In this document: in pieces, positions 55,927 through 64,000 of the stretch | Numbering within the stretch: position 1 is the stretch's first letter | Layout of the letters: each line of letters opens with the position of its first letter | From: Bacteroidota bacterium | GTDB lineage: Bacteria; Bacteroidota; Bacteroidia; Palsa-948 | DNA length: 64,000 nt | Direction: 5' to 3' | NCBI GenBank assembly: GCA_016213405.1 | Contig: JACRAM010000057.1 | Location: 27,773-91,772 of the forward strand | The notes under the pieces: model-generated | What the model was told of the DNA's origin: nothing | The model's input: only the letters and a program-made list of their open reading frames with translations | Databases searched by the model: none | Program-made: the position numbers and the translations under genes

Positions 55927-56588
55927 TGTTTCAGCTTTCCTTTGAAAACTTTCTGAAACTTTTCCACTTTGGGTTTTATCACAAACTGGCAGTAAGATTC
56001 TTCACCGTTATTATTGTAATAGTTTGAATGATAATCTTCAGCTTTGTAAAAAACAGTGAATGGTGAAATTTCTGTTACTACAGGAGAATTATAAACCTTT
56101 TCATCGTTCAGTTTTTTCTTGTAGAGTTCGGCAAGTTTTTTCTGATTTTCGTTGTGATAAAAAATTGCAGAACGGTACTGTGTGCCGATATCGTTACCCT
56201 GCCTGTTCAATTGCGTAGGGTCATGCGTTTGCCAAAAAGCGTACAGCATTTCTTCGTAAGAAATTTTTTTCGAATCAAAAACAATATTGCAAACCTCAGC
56301 ATGTCCGGTATTTCCGTTGCAGACTTCTTTATAAGAAGGATTCTTAATGCTTCCACCAGAAAATCCTGACTCCACTTTCACCACACCGTCAAGCATCTGA
56401 AATTGCGCTTCCACACACCAGAAACATCCGGCACCGAATGTTGCGGTGTCAAGATTTGAAGCTTGAGATTTAGCGGTAGTTGTTGAATCAGTTTTTGTTT
56501 CCATAGTTGGTACTTCTTTATTTTGATTCTGCACGCAGGAAGTAAGAGAAATGATTCCCATCACTGCGTTAAAAAAATTTGATTTCAT
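55923..56588 (-). CDS. msrA: Peptide methionine sulfoxide reductase MsrA (with lipoprotein-type signal)
   Basis: Catalytic GAGCFWCVEAQF motif. N-terminal signal ending TSC. 4-nt overlap with lysA stop (convergent). Confidence 0.85.
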   Translation of the reverse strand: MKSNFFNAVMGIISLTSCVQNQNKEVPTMETKTDSTTTAKSQASNLDTATFGAGCFWCVEAQFQMLDGVVKVESGFSGGSIKNPSYKEVCNGNTGHAEVCNIVFDSKKISYEEMLYAFWQTHDPTQLNRQGNDIGTQYRSAIFYHNENQKKLAELYKKKLNDEKVYNSPVVTEISPFTVFYKAEDYHSNYYNNNGEESYCQFVIKPKVEKFQKVFKGKLKH

Positions 56589-56759
56589 AAATTGAATTTT
56601 AAAGGTAGAAATGTTTTCAATAGTTATTACTTTCTATTCAGAGAAAAGGTTTCGTTAAATATTGTTAAACAACCGAGATTCAGACGAAAAAAAACACGAA
56701 TGCAAACGGATAAATCTGTCTAAATCTTTCTTCGTATTATTGCGTTCCGAATCATCTAT

Positions 56760-59297
56760 ATGAAAAAACCCTTTTTTGTTGTTGCATTCGTTATTTGTCA
56801 TTCGTTATTCGCCATTCATTCCTACGCACAATCTAAGACTCGCTCATATATAAATGATCCCCTTCTCGCTCCGCGCGAACACATGGTGGATTTTCAGCAT
56901 CTGAAGTTGGAAGTTTCCTTTGAGCCGACAAAAAATCTGGTAAAAGGAAAAGTTACGCATACATTTATTCCTCTCCTGCAAAAAACCGATTCTATTGTTC
57001 TTGACGGAATCAACATGAATATAAAAGAAGTTTCGCTTAACGGAAAACCGGCAAAATTTCGTTCTGATAGTGAAACTGTTGTCATCTACACACCTTCTCT
57101 TGCGTGGGAACAAAAAGATTCCATGACAATTACTTACGAATGCACTCCGCGCCAAGGACTTTATTTCATCGGATGGAATGACAAAACCGGAATTTGCCGC
57201 AGACAAATCTGGTCGCAGGGACAAGGCATTGAAAACCGCAACTGGATTCCGATGTACGATGAGATGAACGATAAAATCATAACTGAAATGTTTGTTATTT
57301 TCGACACAGCGTACAAAGTTCTGTCTAACGGAAAAATGATCGACAAAAAAACAAACAAGAACGGAACCTACACATGGCATTATAAAATGTCTCACCCCCA
57401 CGCTTCTTACCTCATCATGCTTGGAATTGGAAAATATGAAATTGACAAACGATTTTCAAAATCGGGTGTGCCCGTCAATCTTTATTACTATCCCGAATGG
57501 AAAGACAGAGTTCAGAACACTTACCGATGGAGCGAAAACATGATTGATTTTTATGAAAAAGAAATTGGGGTTCCATATCAATGGGAATCGTATTCGCAAA
57601 TTCCTGTTCAGGACTTCATGTATGGTGCAATGGAAAATACTACAGCTACTGTGTTCGGAGATTTTTTCTTCTGTGATGAGCGCGGGAGCATGGAGCGGGA
57701 TTATGTTTCAGTGAACGCGCACGAACTCGCTCATCAGTGGTTCGGAGATTTTATCACCGCCCGAAGCGATGCGCATCACTGGCTACAGGAAAGTTTTGCC
57801 ACCTATTACAACTGGCTTTTTGAACGAGAAGTGTTTGGCAAAAATCATTACGACTGGGGAAGAAGAATTGCTCAAAATAATTCCATAGAAGAATCAAAAA
57901 AAAATTCTTATCCCATCGCGCACAGCGAAGCAGGAACGGTACGCCATTATCCCAAAGGAGCATTCGTGTTAAGTATGTTAAAAAATATTCTCGGCGGGAG
58001 AGAAGTTTACAACAAATGCATCAAACATTATCTTGAAACTCATCCATACACCAATGTAGATTCTGAAGATTTTCTCATCGCCTGCGAAGAAGTTACGGGT
58101 ATTCAGTTGGATTGGTTCTGGGAAGAATGGATTTACAAAGGAGGAGAGCCGAACTACAAAGTTTCTTTTCGTGACATAACGGAGAATGCCGGAGAAAAAA
58201 ATTCTTCGCACTATTCAGAATTTTTAGTTCAGCAGGTGCAAGAGCAATCAGAAGTAACCGGGCTTCCGCAGTCAGGAGGAAATAAAACTAACGCGGTGAA
58301 TACTGACCCGTTTGTTCAGGAGACAGATAATCATTTCCCTTCTCCAGCAGGTCTTTGGAAAATGCCGATATGGTTTGAAGTTCATTATACCGATGGAACC
58401 GTTGAGAAAAAACAGGTATGGATTGAAAAGCAAACTGAAATTGTTCACCTGCCGATTCCAGCAGGAAAAAAAATTGACTTCGCTTTGTTTGACCCCGATA
58501 ACGAAGTGCTGAAATCCGTTTCGTTCAATAAAAGTTTTGATATGCTGAAATCACAAGCTATGAAATCCGTCAGCCTGCTGGACAGATATGACGCACTCGT
58601 TGCAATGGAGGATATTGACATTGAGCGCAAGCGTGATTTTCTGGTTGCGTATTATAAAACAGAGGACAAAGCAAACTTCCATGCGCTGAAAGCAGAAATC
58701 GTAAAACAGCTTTCTCACGATAACAATAAGCAGTCGGAAGAAATTATAAAACTTGCTTTGGAGGACACAGATGCCCCTGTGCGAAAATCAGTGCTCGATA
58801 ATTTCAAACTTCTTCCCGAAGAATTATTGCCCAGTGTAGAAAAATTATTGAAAGACCCTTCGTACGATATTATTGCAACCGTTCTTGAAAATCTTTCGTT
58901 CGCAAATCCTGATAAAATCGGTTTCTATCTTGAGCAGACAAAAGACGTGGAAGGAATGCCCGGAAGAAACGTGAAAATAAAATGGCTGGAGATTTCTTCT
59001 CTGATAAATCCAAAATATGTTGACCAGCTCGTGAGTTTGTGCAGCGATGCGTATGAATTCCGCACGCGTACAAACGCGATGAACTCGCTTAAGAAATTAA
59101 ACTACCTTGATGAAATTGAAATAGAATATTTGACAAACGCAATGCTCAGCTCTAACACCCGCCTGAGCGGACCGGCCTCTGATGCACTCTCATTTTTTTA
59201 TCTGCAATCTGCGTATAAGCGGATCATCATTAATTACGTTGAATCAAAAGAATGGAAACCATGGGAAAATAAAATCATCAAACAAGTTGTTAAGTAA
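56760..59297 (+). CDS. M1-family zinc aminopeptidase (aminopeptidase N-like) with C-terminal HEAT/ARM-like repeats
   Basis: GAMEN (YGAMENT) and HEXXH-(18)-E (HELAHQWFGD...ESFATY). Signal peptide. Confidence 0.85.
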   Translation: MKKPFFVVAFVICHSLFAIHSYAQSKTRSYINDPLLAPREHMVDFQHLKLEVSFEPTKNLVKGKVTHTFIPLLQKTDSIVLDGINMNIKEVSLNGKPAKFRSDSETVVIYTPSLAWEQKDSMTITYECTPRQGLYFIGWNDKTGICRRQIWSQGQGIENRNWIPMYDEMNDKIITEMFVIFDTAYKVLSNGKMIDKKTNKNGTYTWHYKMSHPHASYLIMLGIGKYEIDKRFSKSGVPVNLYYYPEWKDRVQNTYRWSENMIDFYEKEIGVPYQWESYSQIPVQDFMYGAMENTTATVFGDFFFCDERGSMERDYVSVNAHELAHQWFGDFITARSDAHHWLQESFATYYNWLFEREVFGKNHYDWGRRIAQNNSIEESKKNSYPIAHSEAGTVRHYPKGAFVLSMLKNILGGREVYNKCIKHYLETHPYTNVDSEDFLIACEEVTGIQLDWFWEEWIYKGGEPNYKVSFRDITENAGEKNSSHYSEFLVQQVQEQSEVTGLPQSGGNKTNAVNTDPFVQETDNHFPSPAGLWKMPIWFEVHYTDGTVEKKQVWIEKQTEIVHLPIPAGKKIDFALFDPDNEVLKSVSFNKSFDMLKSQAMKSVSLLDRYDALVAMEDIDIERKRDFLVAYYKTEDKANFHALKAEIVKQLSHDNNKQSEEIIKLALEDTDAPVRKSVLDNFKLLPEELLPSVEKLLKDPSYDIIATVLENLSFANPDKIGFYLEQTKDVEGMPGRNVKIKWLEISSLINPKYVDQLVSLCSDAYEFRTRTNAMNSLKKLNYLDEIEIEYLTNAMLSSNTRLSGPASDALSFFYLQSAYKRIIINYVESKEWKPWENKIIKQVVK

Positions 59298-59399
59298 TGA
59301 AAATTATTTTTGCCTTGCCTCCAACTCTCGAGAAACCTCCTGTCGATGTGAAAGAAAATAAATTGAGAAATATAAAAAGTAAGATTACGTTTTAGAGAA

Positions 59400-61466
59400 A
59401 TGAATTTTGTTTATCCCCAGTTTTTGTTCGCGCTGTTTGCAGTTTCCATTCCCATTATCATTCATCTTTTCAATTTTCGCAGATTCAAGAAAGTTTATTT
59501 TTCTGACATACGTTTTCTTAAGGAAGTAAAACAACAAACGCAGAACAGGAATCGTATTAAACATATTCTTATTTTGATTTCACGGATATTTGCTGTTTCA
59601 TTTCTGGTGTTTGCTTTTGCCCAACCTTATATTCCATCCGATAAAAAAAATGCAGTGGCAGGAATTCAGGCGGTGAGCGTATATGTGGATAATTCCTTCA
59701 GCATGGAAAATATCAGCAAGAACGGAATGCTCTTTGACGAAGCAAAAAAAATAGCTCATGAGATCGCCCAAACACACTCGCAGACAGATTTGTTTCAACT
59801 CCTCACTAACGATTTTGAAGGCAAACATCAGCGATTAGTCAGCCGTGAAGAATTTTTCACCCTGCTGGACGAAGTAAAAGTAAGTCCTGCCGTGAAAACT
59901 GTTTCTGAAATTTCAGCTAGACAAACTGACGTTCTAAGCAAAACAGAAGAAAAAAATAAAAAAGCATTCATTGTTTCTGATTTTCAAAAATCTATTTCTG
60001 ATTTTGAAAATGTGAAGAACGATACAAGCATCAAAACAATTCTTCTTCCCGTTCCTTCCAACCAGCAAAGTAATCTCTATATTGATTCCTGCTGGTTTGA
60101 ATCGCCAGTACACCAATTAAACCAAACTGAAAAATTAAATGTCAGAATCAAAAATATTTCTGAAAATAATTCGGAAAACGTTCCCGTAAAACTCTTCCTT
60201 AACAACCAGCAAAAAACTCCTGCTTCCTTCTCCATTGCATCAAACGAAAGCAAAGACATTCAACTTTCTTTCGTGATTAAAGAACATGGCATTCAACAGG
60301 GAAGGATTGAAATCACAGATTATCCGGTGACATATGATGATAAATTTTATTTCTCTTTTAATGTGGCAAAAAATATTTCTATCACCTGCATTTCGGCTGC
60401 TTCTCCCCCTATGGAGAGGGGCAATAGGGAAGACTCTAAGAAATCAATTCAATCATTGTTCGGCAAGGATTCTCTTTTTATTCTGACAAACCAAGACGAA
60501 AATAATATTGACTACGCATCTCTCACTTCACAGCAAGTGATCGTTTTATCCGAACTAAAAAATATTTCGTCAGGACTTGCACAGGAACTCGACCGCTTTG
60601 TACAGAATGGAGGAAGCTTGATCGTGTTTCCTTCCACAGAAACAGATACCGGATCTTACAAATCATTTCTTTCTTCACTCGGAACAAATTTTTATTTACG
60701 ACAAGATACCACCAACACAAAAATCGACTGGGTAAATTTTGAAAATGAAATTTTTGCAGATGTATTCGAGAAAAGGGGAGAGAATTTAGATTTGCCCGTT
60801 TTACAATCTCATTACACGCAGTCACACTCCAATCATACCAGCGAAGAAGTTCTTCTGAAAATGAGAAACGGAAATCCTTTCTTTTCAAAATACACTTTCA
60901 AAAAAGGAAAAGTTTATCTGAGTGCTGTCCCGTTGAACTCCGACTGGAGTAATTTCGCCAAGCACGCAATCTTTGTTCCATTGATGTATAAGATTGCGAT
61001 AAACAGTCAGCCCTCTTCAGAATTGTTTTATACTGTTGGCGAAGACAACTCCATTCCCGTTACTCCCAAACTCACAGGAGAAAGTGTTTTCAAAATAAAA
61101 GGTGAAAATAATTTTGAAATAATTCCGGAAAACAGGATCGTTGACCTGCAGCCTACCATTTTCGTGCATGACCAGATAAAAAATGCAGGCAACTATAATC
61201 TCTTTGCAGGAGTAGAAAACATTTCAGGAATTTCTTTCAACTACAACAGAAAAGAATCAGACCTCAGCCGGTATTCTCCTGATGAACTTATTTCACTCTA
61301 TGAAAAATCAAATCTCAAAAACTTTTCTCTCATTGATGCGGGAGAGAACGACATCAGCAAAGTGTTGGCAGACATCAGGCAAGGCAAAAAGCTTTGGAAG
61401 TGGTGTATTCTTCTCGTTCTCATTTTCCTAGCGACAGAAACTGCTCTTCTCAGGTTGTGGAAATAA
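59400..61466 (+). CDS. Hypothetical membrane protein with BatA-type N-terminal double-TM domain
   Basis: MNFVYPQFLFALFAVSIPIIIHLFNFRRFKKVYFSDIRFL matches the aerotolerance-related N-terminal domain. C-terminal TM. Contains a possible small GC-palindrome insert (AASPPMERGNRED). Confidence 0.5.
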   Translation: MNFVYPQFLFALFAVSIPIIIHLFNFRRFKKVYFSDIRFLKEVKQQTQNRNRIKHILILISRIFAVSFLVFAFAQPYIPSDKKNAVAGIQAVSVYVDNSFSMENISKNGMLFDEAKKIAHEIAQTHSQTDLFQLLTNDFEGKHQRLVSREEFFTLLDEVKVSPAVKTVSEISARQTDVLSKTEEKNKKAFIVSDFQKSISDFENVKNDTSIKTILLPVPSNQQSNLYIDSCWFESPVHQLNQTEKLNVRIKNISENNSENVPVKLFLNNQQKTPASFSIASNESKDIQLSFVIKEHGIQQGRIEITDYPVTYDDKFYFSFNVAKNISITCISAASPPMERGNREDSKKSIQSLFGKDSLFILTNQDENNIDYASLTSQQVIVLSELKNISSGLAQELDRFVQNGGSLIVFPSTETDTGSYKSFLSSLGTNFYLRQDTTNTKIDWVNFENEIFADVFEKRGENLDLPVLQSHYTQSHSNHTSEEVLLKMRNGNPFFSKYTFKKGKVYLSAVPLNSDWSNFAKHAIFVPLMYKIAINSQPSSELFYTVGEDNSIPVTPKLTGESVFKIKGENNFEIIPENRIVDLQPTIFVHDQIKNAGNYNLFAGVENISGISFNYNRKESDLSRYSPDELISLYEKSNLKNFSLIDAGENDISKVLADIRQGKKLWKWCILLVLIFLATETALLRLWK
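60400..60432. repeat. Small GC-rich palindrome (CCCTAT-GGAGAGGGGCA-ATAGGG) in-frame in gene 59400..61466
   Basis: TCTCCCCCTATGGAGAGGGGCAATAGGG. Compositionally aberrant in AT-rich coding sequence. Weaker member of the family. Confidence 0.35.
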
Positions 61467-61475
61467 ATTCTATCT

Positions 61476-62756
61476 TTGCCACTTGAAATGCAATTGCTCA
61501 TAAAGTCCGCGAAAGTTGTAGACCCTTCCTCGCCTTACACCGGCAAAACAGTCAGCATTTTTATTGAGAACGGAATCATCAGGCAAATCACAAGTGCCAA
61601 GTTAGAAGTCACAAGCAATACAAAAGTCATTGACATAGATGGTTTGCATGTAGCGCCAGGTTTTTTTGACATGCAGGTGAACTTCCGCGACCCTGGTCAC
61701 GAGTACAAAGAAGATCTGCTTAGCGGTTGCGCTTCGGCTTCGGCTGGCGGATTCACGGGTGTTGCGGTGATGCCCGGCACTCACCCTCCCATTGACAATA
61801 AATCGCAGATAGAATATGTAAAGAAAAAATCTGCGGGCAATATTGTGGATGTTTTTCCTGTGGGTGCGATAACGCATAACACTGACGGAAAAGAACTTTC
61901 AGAAATGTTTGACATGCACACGGCTGGCGCAGTTGCTTTCTCGGATGACAAGAAACCGGTTGCTGACGCTGGACTTTTAATGCGCGCCCTTCTCTATGCA
62001 AAAAATTTCAAAGGACTGCTGATGCCTTTCTGCGATGAGAAAACAATTTCTCTGAATGGGCACATGAACGAAGAAAAAATTTCCACTTCTCTTGGGCTGA
62101 AAGGGATTCCTGCACTGGCGGAAGAAGTGATGGTGGCACGGAATCTTTTCCTCTGCGAATACACGAACGGGAAAATTCACTTTCCTTCCGTCTCCACAAA
62201 AAAATCTGTTGAACTTATCCGCGAAGCGAAGAAAAAAGGACTGAAAGTAACTGCTTCCGTTAATGCATACAATATAGCACTGGATGATTCTGCACTGAAA
62301 GATTTTGATACGAACTGCAAAGTAAATCCTCCGCTCCGCACAAAAGAAGATATGGGCGCCCTGAAAAAATGTTTAGCGGATGGAACAATCGATGCGATTA
62401 CTTCCGATCACTCGCCAGAGGATGTAGAAAATAAAAATGTGGAGTTTGATTACGCTTCGTTCGGAATGATTGGGCTGGAAACCTGTTTCACGCTGGCGAA
62501 TACCTACAGCAATCTCAGACTTATAGACCTCATTAAAAAATTCTCTGTCGCCCCGCGGCAGATACTTGGCTTGCCTGTTCCGAAAATAAAAGTGAAAGAA
62601 AAAGCCAACCTCACGCTCTTCCTTCCAAACAAAGAATGGAAGCTCGATGAGACATCTATTCGCTCCAAATCCAAAAACACGCCTTTCATCGGCAAGAAAC
62701 TGAAAGGGAAAATTGTGGGTGTTGTCAATAACGGGAAGTTAGAAACATCCCTTTAA
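61476..62756 (+). CDS. Dihydroorotase-like protein with the N-terminal metal-binding HxH motif replaced (DMQVNFRDPG instead of DxHVHxRxPG). Possibly a non-catalytic PyrC-prime type.
   Basis: Strong DHOase similarity (GFFDMQVNFRDPGHEYKEDLLSGCASASAGGFTGVAVMPGTHPPIDN; later TSDHSPE). His-x-His substituted by Gln-x-Asn. Confidence 0.7.
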   Translation: MPLEMQLLIKSAKVVDPSSPYTGKTVSIFIENGIIRQITSAKLEVTSNTKVIDIDGLHVAPGFFDMQVNFRDPGHEYKEDLLSGCASASAGGFTGVAVMPGTHPPIDNKSQIEYVKKKSAGNIVDVFPVGAITHNTDGKELSEMFDMHTAGAVAFSDDKKPVADAGLLMRALLYAKNFKGLLMPFCDEKTISLNGHMNEEKISTSLGLKGIPALAEEVMVARNLFLCEYTNGKIHFPSVSTKKSVELIREAKKKGLKVTASVNAYNIALDDSALKDFDTNCKVNPPLRTKEDMGALKKCLADGTIDAITSDHSPEDVENKNVEFDYASFGMIGLETCFTLANTYSNLRLIDLIKKFSVAPRQILGLPVPKIKVKEKANLTLFLPNKEWKLDETSIRSKSKNTPFIGKKLKGKIVGVVNNGKLETSL

Positions 62757-62800
62757 GGTTATACCTCTTTTTGTATATTCGTATCCCTTCATTTAAGCAG

Positions 62801-63916
62801 ATGGAAAACTTCATTGTATCAGCACGAAAGTATCGTCCTCAGACGTTTGACACCGTTGTCGGGCAGGCGCATATTACGAGCACTTTAATAAATGCTATTA
62901 AAACAAACCACGTTTCCCAGGCGTATTTGTTCTGCGGTCCACGCGGAGTAGGAAAAACTACCTGCGCGCGAATTCTGGCGAAGACAATCAACTGCTTTAA
63001 CCGAACAACAAATATTGAAGCGTGCGATGAATGTGATTCATGCAAATCATTTAATACAGGTAACTCATTAAATATTTTTGAACTTGATGCAGCATCAAAT
63101 AATTCGGTGGAAGATATCCGCAATCTGATTAATCAGGTGAGTTTTGCCCCACAAATCGGAACTCACAAAGTATATATTATTGATGAGGTTCATATGCTTT
63201 CGTCAAATGCGTTCAATGCTTTTCTGAAAACGCTGGAAGAGCCGCCAAAACACGCAATTTTCATTCTGGCGACTACGGAAAAACATAAAATTATTCCTAC
63301 GATACTTTCCCGATGCCAGATCTTTGATTTCAACCGGATAAAGATTGATGATATTGTCGGACATCTTTCAACTATTTCAAAAAAAGAAAAAGTAAAATCC
63401 GAAGAAGAAGCGCTGCACACCATCGCCCAAAAAGTAGATGGGTCCATGCGCGATGCACTGAGTATTTTCGACCAGATGGTTTCGCTGTCGGGAGATGTGA
63501 TTACGTATAAATCGGTCATCGACAATCTCAGCATTCTGGATTATGATTATTATTTCAAGGTGACGGATGCATTGCTGGAAAAAAATACTTCTTCATCGCT
63601 TCTCATCTTCAACGAAATACTGAACAAAGGTTTTGACGGACATCATTTCATCAACGGATTAGCAGAGCATTTGAGAAATCTCTTGGTATGCCGAGATGAA
63701 ATTACGCTACAACTTTTAGAAGTAAGTACGAGCATTCGCGGACTCTACAAAACGCAGAGCAAAAAAACAGAACCTGATTTTCTCCTTCGTTGCCTGAGCA
63801 TTCTCAACAAAGCGGATGTGCAGTACAAAGCCAGCCGAAACCAGCGCTTGTTGGTGGAACTTACACTTCTTCAGTTGTGTTCGCTACAAGGCGCTGAAAA
63901 AAAAAATGATATACTG
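62801..63916 (+). CDS. dnaX: DNA polymerase III subunit gamma/tau, zero-frame product (371 aa, domains I-III). Tau-type extension continues in the -1 frame after an A9 run.
   Basis: MENFIVSARKYRPQTFDTVVGQAHIT...GPRGVGKTT...DEVHML...SRCQIFDF...QRLLVELTLLQLCSLQGAEKKMIY then TGA at 63914-63916. Frame verified at several motifs. This ORF is absent from the supplied track. The -1 frame is open to the window end. Confidence 0.75.
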
Positions 63917-63950
63917 AGCCCCACCCCTGCCCTCCCCGTTAGGGAGGGAG
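63897..63950 (+). other. Candidate recoding site in dnaX: A9 slippery run (63897-63905) followed by GC-rich stem-loop element (63916-63950)
   Basis: GCT GAA AAA AAA ATG ATA TAC TGA in zero frame. After a -1 shift or one extra A: ...KKNDILSPTPALPVREGENKTISSKIVSEVKEEQ. Stem CCCTCCC(63929-63935)/GGGAGGG(63941-63947). Confidence 0.55.
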
Positions 63951-64000
63951 AAAATAAAACCATTTCTTCAAAAATAGTTTCGGAAGTAAAAGAAGAGCAA

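Noticed and set aside
1-64000. tRNA/rRNA genes, integrases, phage structural genes, toxin-antitoxin pairs, defence islands
   Set aside because: I found no T-loop/anticodon-arm patterns, no recombinase or phage hallmark motifs, and no recognisable defence genes. The only mobile-type genes are the RAYT and the GIY-YIG cassette.

Overview
The window is low-GC (~35-40%) chromosome from a Bacteroidota organism, probably Sphingobacteriia or Chitinophagia. This is supported by gliding-motility genes gldF and gldG, several proteins with T9SS (Por) C-terminal sorting domains, a ribosomal protein THX homologue, and a TonB-dependent receptor. Most of the window is housekeeping: fmt, recQ, aroC, dnaN, efp, lysC, lysA, msrA, dnaX, a histidine-utilisation module (ftcD, hutI), an rRNA/tRNA methyltransferase operon, a patatin-like phospholipase, an M1 aminopeptidase, and a dihydroorotase-like gene. 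It starts with a 2022-aa T9SS surface protein with internal duplications. Coordinates 8.5-17 kb hold an accessory-looking minus-strand block of secreted, outer-membrane and membrane proteins plus a CFA-synthase-like methyltransferase, a desaturase, and a GC-rich foreign-looking gene.

The most unusual features are these:
- A dispersed family of short GC-rich nested-palindrome elements (core GAGCCCCACCCCTKCCCTCCCCRTTAGGGAGGGAG). At least eight copies lie in 64 kb, and five are inside genes without breaking the reading frame (lysC, lysA, a GNAT-like gene, a BatA-like gene, dnaX). This is analogous to Rickettsia palindromic elements.
- A REP-associated tyrosine transposase (RAYT) gene inserted between lysC and lysA, flanked by inverted hairpins.
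- dnaX zero frame terminates three codons after an A9 run. The -1 frame continues into a tau-like linker and a GC stem lies downstream, so this is a candidate programmed frameshift or transcriptional-slippage site (or a homopolymer sequencing error).
- Seven tandem 42-bp repeats, each carrying a TCGCA-N4-TGCGA palindrome, between an XRE regulator and the GC-rich gene.
- A GIY-YIG nuclease gene bounded by 22-bp inverted repeats.
- A THX ribosomal protein fused to a histone H1-like tail.
- A dihydroorotase-like gene in which the metal-binding HxH motif is replaced by QxN.
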